Assembly: GCA_044440125.1 (NCBI GenBank)
Contig: JBITAJ010000016.1
Location: 23,618 to 87,617, forward strand
DNA from: Sedimentisphaeraceae bacterium JB056
GTDB lineage: Bacteria > Planctomycetota > Phycisphaerae > Sedimentisphaerales > Sedimentisphaeraceae
Length of the DNA stretch: 64,000 bases
Direction of reading: 5' to 3'
The notes under the pieces were generated by a model, which did no database searches, was not told the DNA's origin, and saw only the letters and a list, made by a program, of their open reading frames with translations. A program made the position numbers and the translations under genes. Positions 1-10,200 of this stretch are shown one piece after another (the stretch's first letter is position 1; each line of letters opens with the position of its first letter).

Positions 1-2
1 AG

Positions 3-686
3 TGTACGCCTTACCCGTGTCCTAAGGAAAGATTGGTCTCAGCTGTCGAAAGAAGTATAAAATGGGCCGGAATATGCAAGGACACTCATGCAAATACCGA
101 TCAGCTTCTTTTCGCAATCGTTCAGGGCGGAATCGATCCTGAATTGCGTGAGTATTGTGCTAATCGGCTTGTTGATATTGATTTTCCGGGTTATGCTATT
201 GGCGGGCTCAGTGTGGGCGAGGGGCATACTAATATGATTAAGACCGTTGAGTTCACAACTCCTCATCTGCCGGAAGAAAAACCGCGTTATCTTATGGGGG
301 TTGGTATGCCTTCAGATATAATCGCATCGGTAAGGGCGGGAGTAGATATGTTTGATTGCGTGCTTCCTACAAGAAATGGACGTAATGGTTTTGCCTTTAC
401 ATCAAGCGGGCCTGTGAGGATGAGAAACAGCAGCCATATTACTGATATTTCACCGATTGAAGAAGGTTGTGATTGTTACAGTTGTAAGAATTTCACAAGG
501 GCTGCTATAAGACATTTCTTCAATGTTGGAGAGATGCTTGGCCCAACACTTGTTTCATTGCATAATATAAGATTTTTTCAGCGACTTATGAAAGATATTC
601 ATTCACATATTGCGGGTGGAACGTTTGATGAATGGGCAAATGAGCAGATAGTCAAATATGAGGCTAACGGACTGCTTAAGGACTGA
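3..686 (+). CDS. tgt: tRNA-guanine transglycosylase, 5'-truncated by window edge
   Basis: Motifs AIVQGG, GYAIGGLSVGE, PRYLMGVG, DMFDCVLPTRNGRNG, Zn site CDCYSC...H; frame is open from position 3. Confidence 0.96.
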   Translation, partial: CTPYPCPKERLVSAVERSIKWAGICKDTHANTDQLLFAIVQGGIDPELREYCANRLVDIDFPGYAIGGLSVGEGHTNMIKTVEFTTPHLPEEKPRYLMGVGMPSDIIASVRAGVDMFDCVLPTRNGRNGFAFTSSGPVRMRNSSHITDISPIEEGCDCYSCKNFTRAAIRHFFNVGEMLGPTLVSLHNIRFFQRLMKDIHSHIAGGTFDEWANEQIVKYEANGLLKD

Positions 687-688
687 TT

Positions 689-1060
689 TTGATGGAGAAT
701 GGTCAGGTGAATTTTGTGCTTCTAAGGCATAAGAGAGAGGGGCAGGCAGATCATTACGACCTTATGTTTGATCTTGAACCGCCCAAAGGTTTGCTTCGGA
801 CTTTCAGTATATTTGAGTCGCTTGAGAGTATCAAAAGGCCGGGGCAGGTCGTTTGTAAACAGATATTTGATCATGAACGAAGATTTCTTGATTATGAGGG
901 AAGTGTTAATAATGGAGCAGGAAATGTCGTTCAGATTGATAAAGGTTTGGCAGATATATTGTCAGAAACCCCCTTCAGATTTCGCTTGGCAGGGGCTATT
1001 GTTAAGGGTGATTTTGTAATGAATGGTGAGGGGTACCTAGTGCATGTTGATGTAAATTAA
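689..1060 (+). CDS. Stand-alone LigD N-terminal (3'-phosphoesterase)-like protein
   Basis: FVLLRH...HYDLMF...DHERRFLDYEG...G.V...DKG resembles the LigD PE core (H, HYD, DH..YEG). Confidence 0.7.
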   Translation: MMENGQVNFVLLRHKREGQADHYDLMFDLEPPKGLLRTFSIFESLESIKRPGQVVCKQIFDHERRFLDYEGSVNNGAGNVVQIDKGLADILSETPFRFRLAGAIVKGDFVMNGEGYLVHVDVN

Positions 1061-1184
1061 CCCGTTTTATATAATAACGATCACTAATTTTGCGCTTGAA
1101 TTTTGTGTTTTGTTATATTAAACTGGACTAGCATTATAAAAAGCTATTGGAATAATTGGATTGTAATACAGATTAGGAGCTAAC

Positions 1185-1661
1185 ATGGCTAAAGGAATTG
1201 TCATATATCATTCTCGCAGTGGAAATACCCAACTTATGGCTGAAACAATTGCAGAAGCAATGAATGAGGCAGGTCTTGAGACAGTGTGTAAGGCTGTTGC
1301 CGATACCGTCCCAGAGGACATGCTTGAAGCTGATGCGGTGGTTATTGGCTCTCCGACTTACTATGGTCAGATGGCTGCACCAGTAAAGCAGCTTATTGAT
1401 GAGTCTGTCAGCAAGCATGGTAAACTTGATCGTAAGGTCGGTGGAGCTTTCACCAGTTCGGTGAATGTAGGCGGAGGTAATGAGACGACTATACGAGGAA
1501 TACTGGAAGCTCTGATGGTTCACGGCTTTATTGTTGAAGGCGATCCTCAGGGTGATCATTATGGTCCTGTATCGCTTGGCAAGCCTGAAGAAAGGGCTCT
1601 CAAGCAATGTAAGAGAAAGGGGAAAAGGCTGGCTGAGCTGACCCTTAAACTTTTTGGTTAA
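1185..1661 (+). CDS. Flavodoxin / WrbA-like FMN-binding protein
   Basis: IYHSRSGNT FMN loop, GSPTYYG, GGAFTSS...GGGNET; SD AGGAG upstream. Confidence 0.9.
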   Translation: MAKGIVIYHSRSGNTQLMAETIAEAMNEAGLETVCKAVADTVPEDMLEADAVVIGSPTYYGQMAAPVKQLIDESVSKHGKLDRKVGGAFTSSVNVGGGNETTIRGILEALMVHGFIVEGDPQGDHYGPVSLGKPEERALKQCKRKGKRLAELTLKLFG

Positions 1662-1748
1662 GATGGATTAAGTAATTTTGCTATAATTATAGTTCAGGGA
1701 CATGTTGGTGCGTATATGTTCCTGGACTATATGATTTTTGAAGCTAAG

Positions 1749-2948
1749 TCAGCTATTCACGCGTCTAATTATCGTGAAAGGTTCAAGGGCTTCAGGAATC
1801 ACTATATTTTCTTCATTGTTTGCGAAATCAACTTCACCGCCCCAAGATGTTTTAAGCGGAGTTGGCAGGGTAATGTTGGATATATGTCCATCTGGGGTAA
1901 GTATTTCGAGAGTCTCACCTGCGTGAATTTTATTGCGTACTCTAAACACCGACCCATTTTCTATCTTTTCATCAAGAACGTTTCCTACAAAGGTGGCGTC
2001 TCCACATGCTCCATTCTCGTCAATCCGATAGTCATTCTCATCAACAGAACCTTTGATGAACCCTTCCATGTAGCCGCGGTTTTTAACCCTGTTAAGCAAA
2101 GTCATGCAATCTTGTTCGCTTATTTGCTCACCATCAATAATTCTACGGTATAATGAGACCGTTGAGGCAATGTAATGAATTGATTTCATTCGGCCTTCAA
2201 TCTTAAAGGAGTTAACACCGGTCTCTGCAAGTTTTGGGATATATCTGAATAGAGCGAGATCTTTGCTGTTGAAATAATACAAACCTCGTTCATCTTCAAA
2301 AACCGGATGATACTGTCCTGGGCGTTGTTCTTCTACAAGTTCGTATTTCCATCTGCAGGGATGGGTGCATTCTCCTCTATTGGCGCGTCTACCGGTAAGA
2401 TAATCGCTGATAGCACAACGTCCTGAGTATGAGAAGCAAACTGCACCATGAACGAAAACTTCGGTTTCAATTTTTCTGCCGACATTTTTCTGGAGTTCAG
2501 CTATCTGTTGAAACGAAAGTTCCCGAGCCAAATTTACCCTTGAAGCTCCAAGCGAAGCATATGCAAGGGCGGTTTGAGCACTCATTGTATTGGCCTGGGT
2601 GCTTATATGCAGTCCTGCTTTGAGCCCGAGTTCTTTCAGTGCAAAGAAAACTCCAATATCTGCGACGATAAAAGCATCGGCTCCCATTTCATCAATTTTG
2701 CGGGCAAGTTTGCATATATCCTGATATTCATCGGTGAAAGGGTATATATTTAACGTAATATAACCTTTTTTACCTCTTTGATGCAGATAGTTGATGCCCT
2801 CTTCGACTTGTGGGAGATCAAAATTACCTGCGAAACTTCGTAAACTGTAGCCGGCACCGAAATATACAGCATCTGCACCGAATTCCGCTGCCCATTTTAA
2901 TTTCTCAAGGGTTCCTGCCGGCGCTAATAATTCTGGTTTATTTTGCAT
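1749..2948 (-). CDS. Peptidase U32 family protein (TrhP/YegQ-like RNA hydroxylation)
   Basis: PELLAPAG, GADAVY, HISTQAN, LARELS, FVHGAVC..SGRC..S...NRGECTHPCR, KIEGRMKS. Confidence 0.92.
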   Translation of the reverse strand: MQNKPELLAPAGTLEKLKWAAEFGADAVYFGAGYSLRSFAGNFDLPQVEEGINYLHQRGKKGYITLNIYPFTDEYQDICKLARKIDEMGADAFIVADIGVFFALKELGLKAGLHISTQANTMSAQTALAYASLGASRVNLARELSFQQIAELQKNVGRKIETEVFVHGAVCFSYSGRCAISDYLTGRRANRGECTHPCRWKYELVEEQRPGQYHPVFEDERGLYYFNSKDLALFRYIPKLAETGVNSFKIEGRMKSIHYIASTVSLYRRIIDGEQISEQDCMTLLNRVKNRGYMEGFIKGSVDENDYRIDENGACGDATFVGNVLDEKIENGSVFRVRNKIHAGETLEILTPDGHISNITLPTPLKTSWGGEVDFANNEENIVIPEALEPFTIIRRVNS

Positions 2949-3381
2949 CTGTCTCTATCTTCGTCCAGACTTCATTAATTGCAGATTCAGTGTTGGTTTC
3001 CGCCTGCTTTGCACGTTCTATGAGTTGTTCTCTGTTTGTCTGTTCGTATTTCTTGAGATCAAAGGACCACTCGTAAGAATCAATTACATCAGGAGCGAAG
3101 ATGTCTCTGAATAGATCGAACGGGAAATAATCATTGGAAGGGCGTTCAAGCTCTTTGTTGACTATAAGAGTTCGGTATCCTTCCTTTTCTATTCTTACAC
3201 GATATGTGCCGTACCAATTAAATGAAACTGTAACTGGTGAGAGACCAACCTGTTCATCATTTAATTCTACACCTGCTCCTTCTGGTAATGTCTTTATAGT
3301 CAGCTCACGTTCAACGCAACCTGTACATACAATTACCAAAATGCAGAATATAAGCATTGATATTTGTCGCAAATTTTTCAT
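2938..3381 (-). CDS. PEGA-domain lipoprotein
   Basis: Lipobox CTGC; TLPEGAGVELND..VGLSPV...YGTYRVRIEKEGY. Confidence 0.85.
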   Translation of the reverse strand: MKNLRQISMLIFCILVIVCTGCVERELTIKTLPEGAGVELNDEQVGLSPVTVSFNWYGTYRVRIEKEGYRTLIVNKELERPSNDYFPFDLFRDIFAPDVIDSYEWSFDLKKYEQTNREQLIERAKQAETNTESAINEVWTKIETDAK

Positions 3382-3881
3382 TCTTCATTTTCCTTGCTAA
3401 AAAAAACATCTAACAAACAAATCACTACAGCTATACATATGAGAGAATCCGCTATATTGAAAGTCGGCCAATGATAATTTTTAATATACAAATTAACATC
3501 AATGAAATCTCTTACAAGTCCATTGTTGAAAAGTCTGTCATAAAGGTTGCCGCCTATACCGGCAAAAAACAGTGCACCAACTATCTTTGATAGTTTATTG
3601 GTTAGATGACCCAATTCGAACACCATAATTACCACAATAAAAGCTATCAAAGACAAACTCGTGAGAAGTATTCTTTGTCCATGTGCTATACTGAATGCAG
3701 CACCTGGATTCTCGCGAAGTATAAACGTCAGGAAATTTCCTATAATTGAAACTTGATTAAAAGGTTTATCTGAAAGCCAATTAAATACTGCTGTTTTACT
3801 GAAAAGATCGGCAAGAAGGCCGACAAGTCCTAATCCCCAGAATAAAAAATGAGAACTCAAGCTTGGTATTTTTATTCGCAA
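3378..3881 (-). CDS. lspA: Lipoprotein signal peptidase II
   Basis: NPGAAFS, GGNLYDRL, VRDFI, WPTFNIADS; TTG start. Confidence 0.95.
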   Translation of the reverse strand: MRIKIPSLSSHFLFWGLGLVGLLADLFSKTAVFNWLSDKPFNQVSIIGNFLTFILRENPGAAFSIAHGQRILLTSLSLIAFIVVIMVFELGHLTNKLSKIVGALFFAGIGGNLYDRLFNNGLVRDFIDVNLYIKNYHWPTFNIADSLICIAVVICLLDVFFSKENEE

Positions 3882-3893
3882 AATATTACCGTC

Positions 3894-4859
3894 TTATTTC
3901 GTAGTAACTTTAATATCTGAATATTTTTTGAGCAACTTTCTGAGTCCAGGCTGATTTGGCTGAATCCTTAGAGCTGTTCGCCACTGGTTCAGTCCTGTTT
4001 CAAGGAGCTGTCCATCTTCATTACGAAGAGCCTGAAGTATATAAGCTACTCCCATTCCTTTCAGGGTTGTAAGGTCGCCAGGTTTTAATGAGGCAGACAT
4101 TTTGTAGTTCTCAATTGAGACATCATATTTCTTAGCTCTCAGTGAAAGAAATCCTAAGTACTGATAGACCCTGTAGTCGTCAGGTGCTATCTTGGCTGTT
4201 TCCTCAAGAAGTTCAACCGCAACATCAAAACTTTGACTTCTTATATATGCAAGCCCCAGTGGAATCATTATTTCCGGCTGGTTGCCGTCTCTTTCAAGTG
4301 CTCTACGGTATTCAATAATAGCTGTTTCATAATTACTTGTGGCTGTGTATATGTCACCAAAAAGTATTTCAAGCTCACTTTTATCGGGTTCTATCAGGCG
4401 GGCTTCTGTAGCATAGGTGAGTGCTTTATTGTAGTCTTCAAGTTTATAAAAACTTTTTGCGGTATAAAAATTAGCACTGTAATCTTCCGGATGAAGCTCG
4501 AGGGCTTTGACGAAAGCGTTAACCGCATACTCATACCTTTCCATCGCGTAATTCACTTTACCAAGATTGTAAAAGTTCTTGAACGAAAACGGGTTGTATT
4601 CAAGAGCTTTCTCATATGCTTGTGAACTTTCCAGAAAAGAACCCTGTTTCTGATAAATATCTCCTTTCAGAGTATAAGCAGGGAAGAATTCAGGATCTCT
4701 GTCTATTGCTCTGTCAAGGCTTTCAACGGCCTCTTCAGGTTGCTCAAGCTTATCATATTTTACAGCATCAACATAATATTCGACGGCATTACGACAACCC
4801 GTTGTCATAATAACTGCCGTAATTGAAACCATCGCTAATATTTTAAGTATATTCTTCAT
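3894..4859 (-). CDS. TPR-repeat lipoprotein
   Basis: Lipobox TTGC followed by about 8 TPR-like repeats. Confidence 0.85.
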   Translation of the reverse strand: MKNILKILAMVSITAVIMTTGCRNAVEYYVDAVKYDKLEQPEEAVESLDRAIDRDPEFFPAYTLKGDIYQKQGSFLESSQAYEKALEYNPFSFKNFYNLGKVNYAMERYEYAVNAFVKALELHPEDYSANFYTAKSFYKLEDYNKALTYATEARLIEPDKSELEILFGDIYTATSNYETAIIEYRRALERDGNQPEIMIPLGLAYIRSQSFDVAVELLEETAKIAPDDYRVYQYLGFLSLRAKKYDVSIENYKMSASLKPGDLTTLKGMGVAYILQALRNEDGQLLETGLNQWRTALRIQPNQPGLRKLLKKYSDIKVTTK

Positions 4860-4903
4860 TGTAAATAACTTTCTTGGTAGCTATTGACTAAATTCTTATC
4901 AGT

Positions 4904-7201
4904 TTATGATGCCTGGGGTGAGGGCATTGTATCTCTATAGCTTTGGTAAACTTTGAGTATATTGCCAGAGCTGTCTCCTTTAAGCCGCTTGAACGAGTCG
5001 AGAACACAACCTGAAACGTTGGCTTTGACAAGTGCCAGCTCGTTTATTGCCAATACAGCATCCTCTTTCTTGGTTTTAAGAGCATTGAACACCAATAATG
5101 TGGAGTCTACAATACCCGCAAGATTCTTGGCTTCACTCATTATAAGCGGAGGCGAATCAATTATCACGTAGTCATAATGCTGCTTTGCTGTCTCAATAAA
5201 AGCTTTCATACTCTTGCCTGCTATCAGCTCAGACGGCATCGAAGGCATAATGCCGCAGTCAAGTACATCAAGATAACGGATTTCGGTTTTCTTGACAGCT
5301 TGGGACATATCTGCCTGTTCAAGAAGTATGCTGCTTAACCCGATAGATCGTTCCGATGTGTTTCCGTCTGTTTCTTCAGATACCGCATTTGAGGCGTCGG
5401 CTGTGCTTGTTAGAGATACGCCGATATTGAATATGTCGGCAATTGCCGGTCTTCTGAAGTTTGTATCTATCAGTAAGACTTTATGCTGCTCTGCTGCAAG
5501 AGATATGGCCAGATTAGTTGCGATAGTGGTCTTGCCTTCATTGGGTTGTCCGCTTGTAACCAGCAAAGAATTGCTCTGTCCGGATTCAGATAGAGTACCG
5601 GAAAGCAGCATATTCGTTTTAAGCTGACGGAACGCCTCACTTGTGATTGAATATGGGGCTTCAACTATAATCTTTTTGAGATCAATTTCATCGAGATCCT
5701 CATCCTCATCAGCATTGTATATAACGCCCAGTAATGGTAAACGTGTGAGACGTTTGATATCCATTGGTGTGCGAAGCTTTGTATTGGCCAACTCGATTAA
5801 GAATGCTATACCAGCTGCAGCAATGAATCCCAGCATAAATCCGGCAGGAGCGAAGAGTTTGAGATTTGGAAAGCTCATTTCTAATGGCTCAAGCGCAGGT
5901 CCTATACGTTCTAATCTTGACACCTTGGGATCTCTTACAATCATATTAAGGCTCTGTATATGGGTAGTTATTGTTTCCAGACGTTCCAGACCTTTATCTC
6001 TTATCTCAACAAAAGAGTTATATTCTGATTTTAATTCATCAAGTTCTTTCTGTTTGAGGAGAGCTTCCTGCAGCTGTGCTCTGAAGTTTTCTAATTGGCT
6101 TACCAGATAAACTCGTGCATCTTGTGCAGACTGGAGTTCCGATCTTCTATTCAGTTCTGCTATAAAGTTGTGTCTGGCTGTAAGTTCAGCTTCTGATTCC
6201 CTTAGCTGTTCACGCATTTTACGGACTGATCTATGATTTTCTCCCAGTTTAGCTGTCAACCTTGCCAGTTCCGGACGTATTGCAAGTATTCTTTGACGAG
6301 CGGCTATAGCGATAGGGTCTTGCTCTATTTGTTCCCTGACAACATCATCGAATTCTCCTTGAGCCCTTGAGCGAAGAGTTTCTATCTGAGCTTCAATTTG
6401 GCTTATTTGGCCTTCAAGATCCATAACCTGGATTTCCAAGGCATCATGGCGTACTTTCACACTATGCCTTGTATTGTTATCGTTGTCAGATGTCGTAAAT
6501 TCTGCAAGGGTAGGATTTGACTGTCTAATATCGCGGAGAGAAGCATCAGCGGCTCGAATTTCTGCACGAATTTTTCTTTCCTCTTCATTGGCCTGCGCCA
6601 ATCTTTCGCGCTGAGTTTGCGTTTCACGTTCTAACTGAGACTTGAGATAAAGGTCTACGAGTTGGTTAAGAATAAGAGCTGATTCACGTTTACTTTTACA
6701 GGAAAAACTTAATCTTATAATATAAGTATCACGGTCAACATTTACACCAACATCACTTTTAAGCGTATCAACAGCTTCTGCAACATCGATAGATCCATCT
6801 GGTGCAACGTATTGCTGAAACCATGATGTTGCCCTTACCTTGTCAATTGTGAGCAAATCCTGAAGCATGTCCTGCTGTTTAATAAAACTTGCTTTAGTTT
6901 GGCGAAATTGATAGTAGCTGTCTTTATTCGTAGTTGCGGTATCAATATTCATGGGATCGCTAAGACGTGGCTCGAGTACGGTTATGCCTGCTACGGCCGT
7001 GTACTTGGGAGCATATCTTGCGAGTACATAATACAGAGCTACTCCAATAAAAGTTCCAATTATCGGCAAAATACACAATAGAAGTATATGCCTTCTTACT
7101 ATTGAAATTATATCCTTAGGTGTTAGCTGCAATCCTTGCGTTGCTTCCACTGTGTTAGTTTGGGAAACAGCTGTTTTGTTAGTTATATTTCCGTTTGTCA
7201 C
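4904..7201 (-). CDS. Wzc-like polysaccharide co-polymerase / BY-kinase
   Basis: Two TM segments flanking a coiled-coil region; SEAFRQLKTN, Walker A GQPNEGKTT, LLIDTNFRRP, YDYVIIDSPP. Confidence 0.9.
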   Translation of the reverse strand: MTNGNITNKTAVSQTNTVEATQGLQLTPKDIISIVRRHILLLCILPIIGTFIGVALYYVLARYAPKYTAVAGITVLEPRLSDPMNIDTATTNKDSYYQFRQTKASFIKQQDMLQDLLTIDKVRATSWFQQYVAPDGSIDVAEAVDTLKSDVGVNVDRDTYIIRLSFSCKSKRESALILNQLVDLYLKSQLERETQTQRERLAQANEEERKIRAEIRAADASLRDIRQSNPTLAEFTTSDNDNNTRHSVKVRHDALEIQVMDLEGQISQIEAQIETLRSRAQGEFDDVVREQIEQDPIAIAARQRILAIRPELARLTAKLGENHRSVRKMREQLRESEAELTARHNFIAELNRRSELQSAQDARVYLVSQLENFRAQLQEALLKQKELDELKSEYNSFVEIRDKGLERLETITTHIQSLNMIVRDPKVSRLERIGPALEPLEMSFPNLKLFAPAGFMLGFIAAAGIAFLIELANTKLRTPMDIKRLTRLPLLGVIYNADEDEDLDEIDLKKIIVEAPYSITSEAFRQLKTNMLLSGTLSESGQSNSLLVTSGQPNEGKTTIATNLAISLAAEQHKVLLIDTNFRRPAIADIFNIGVSLTSTADASNAVSEETDGNTSERSIGLSSILLEQADMSQAVKKTEIRYLDVLDCGIMPSMPSELIAGKSMKAFIETAKQHYDYVIIDSPPLIMSEAKNLAGIVDSTLLVFNALKTKKEDAVLAINELALVKANVSGCVLDSFKRLKGDSSGNILKVYQSYRDTMPSPQAS

Positions 7202-7251
7202 TTAATTATCCCTAAAATTTTATTTTAAATAACCTTCAACCTCATGTCATT

Positions 7252-10200
7252 TTAAAAAATGCGGCGAGCAAGCCTTGAAATACGCTCTTTCATTTCTTCT
7301 TTTTGAGAAATAGATAGTTCATTCTCACCAATCTCAAGAGCTCTTTCATAAGCAGCCTTTGCTTCCTGGGGTTTATTCAATCTTTCTAAGGCAAGCCCAA
7401 GATGTTCATATATAACGTATGGGGCAGAAGTAGAACTTAGCTCGAGAGTTTGTATAGCCCTGCTAAGCAACTGCTCCGCTTTTTCGTATTTTCTATTTTT
7501 AATTAAAGCTAATCCATAAGTATCAAGTATTAAGCCGTTTTCAGGAGCAAGCATGTATGCTCGAGCTGCAATTTCTTCTGCTTTTTGCAGATCAATCTCG
7601 CTTGAAGCTAACAGGTAAGCAAGGTTATTAAGCAATGATACATCTCCTGGAGTTTGGCTCAATAGTTCTTCGTAAATAGTGACTGATCTTGTAAGGTAAT
7701 CTTTATCTGGTACCTTATTATATGCCATTTGCAAAGTGTTTGCTTTGGTTATTATAAGAGCCCTACGTAATTGAGAGTTTTGTTCAGCTACAGCTATTGC
7801 GTTATCCAAATACTTTACAGCCTTGTTATAGTTCTGAGATTGCAGGTTAAAATTGAATGCAACCATATTCCTGTTAATTGATTGCGGGTCCTGTTGAACA
7901 TTACTGTTTATCCAATCGATTATAGTATTACGATCTAAAACCGCTATCATGCGTTTGACCGCTTGGTCTATCATCTGGAAACTGAATTTTGCTTTTGACA
8001 TTGCTTTGCCAAAGTAGTTCAGAGAATTCTCTATATCACCCATTTTGGCCTTTGCTTCAGCCATAGCAGTGTATACAACCGGTCCGAAATCGTTGTCTAC
8101 ATACTTAACGGCATATGAGAGCAGGTCGGTATATTTTGCTTGTTCTATTAGGACATCAAAATAGCCTCTTAGCGATTTTATATCAATAGATGATGGATTC
8201 GCTTGACTTCTATCCCAAGCTTTCAGGTAATATTCAGAAGCAAGATCAAGATCGCCAAGTTTATATTCAAGATCGGCACGTCGACGCAGCCAGTAGCTGT
8301 CTTCTTCATATCGTTTTGACATTGAATCATAATATTCGCGTAGTTGAGCATATTTCATTGAACGTGAATATATTTCTTCCAGAAGCATCAGGGCGACTTG
8401 AGGAGTGCCTTCCTCTTCAAGAGTGAGTTTTAGCTCAGCTATAGCAGGCTCATACCTTGCCATTCTGTCATATGTCTTGGCAAGTTCGATTCGTATGATA
8501 TTATTTTCCTGATATGTTTTACTCTTGAGGAAGTCCTGAAGAGCCTGCTCATAATTAGCCTGTAAATAATTGGCACGTCCTTTGATTCGCCATGCTATTG
8601 CATTCTTTTTATCTATTTCCAATGCCTTATTAATCTGGCTGATAGCTTCTTCAAAAAGACCTTTTCGCAGAGCTATTGTCGAATTGAGCATCATAATTTT
8701 TATGTCATTTCTATCTTGATCTGACATTTGGCTAATCTCTTCTTCAGCTTTTGTTGTTTCACCGACTTCCACAAGAGCCTGAACTCTTAAAAGACGGTTT
8801 TCGAAGTTGTTTTCAATATTGATTAACTCTTTAGTATAACGGTCTACATCCTGATTTCGGAATAACTTCAATGATGTTCCTATCAGGCCCTTAAGTATAT
8901 CAATTGATTTAGGGTCTTCATTGTATAGTTCATCCAATATCTCTTTGGCCTGTGCAAATTTTGAGCGTCTGTAGTAAGATTTCCAAAGAATCTCTTTGTT
9001 GTTTCCTATAAGCTCTGTAATTTTCTCTCCCTGGCCTGAAATACGGAAGAAGTCAGCGTATGCGTCTAATACTTCCGGATCGCCAGGAGATATTGCCATG
9101 GCGTTCTTGTAAGCGTCATCTGCTATTCTATACATAGCCTGTTTTTTAGGAGAATCCCATGGATCTGTCGCATTCTTAAGTGCCATTCTTGCAAGCAGAA
9201 GAGCATTTTCTTTCGTTGGCCTTGTCTTGAAAATAGACTGCCTTACCGCTAAAGCATTACCCGGGTCAGTGTCAGCAATATACTCAGCATATATGCTTTG
9301 CAGGTTAGTATTTGACGGATTCATCTTTATAGCACGCAGTATAGCGTTACCAGTCTCGTCTTTCTGTTGACTTGTGACGTGCTCACCGAGTTTGCGATTT
9401 CTGTTATAAAGAACCATCGCATTGTTCAATGTTATCTGTGCGTTGAGAGGGTTGAGTTCAACGGCTTTCTGAGCATTTTCAATCGCTCTTACCTCATCTC
9501 CTTTTGTGTTATAGATTATACTGAGATTCAGATAGGATATTGGGAACAGGGGTCTGATTTCTGTACATTCAGTAAAACGATCGATTGCTTTGTCGTATTG
9601 TTCACGAGCCATAGCTAAACGTCCAGTAAAGAATGCGCCACCGCATTCATCAATATTGTATTTTTCTATTTGTGGACGCAACTTTTCAGCTATTTCGTAG
9701 TTCTGTGTTGAAATTGCGGAGTCATACACAGAAGCTATGAGTTCTTTGTTTTCCGGTTCATTATTCAATGCCTTCTGGTAATAATCTAATGCTTCGGAGA
9801 ACTTACCGCTGTTATTGTATATCTGAGCAATCGTTTTAAGGCGTTCCTGCTCATTTTCTATTGTTTCAGCAACTTCAATTTGAATTTCGATTAGCTCATC
9901 ATCTCCTATTTGTGTAGGATTAGGAAAAGCCAATTTTTTTCTTAGAACTTTTGCCGCAAAACTGTCTTTGTGAGTACTTAAATATTTCTCATTTAGATCT
10001 ATAGCTTTGGGTTTTAGGTCTTCATCTACAAGATCTATACAAATGCCTGAAATAACGCCAAAATCTAACGAATCAGGATCTTTGGCAAGCATGAGTTTGG
10101 CATTGTCGTATCTATTGACTCTTATCTCTTGTATTTGATCAGCAAGTGTATTAATTCTGTTTTGGGCGAAAGGTTCCATAAGAAGTTCCTGCCGCGACTT

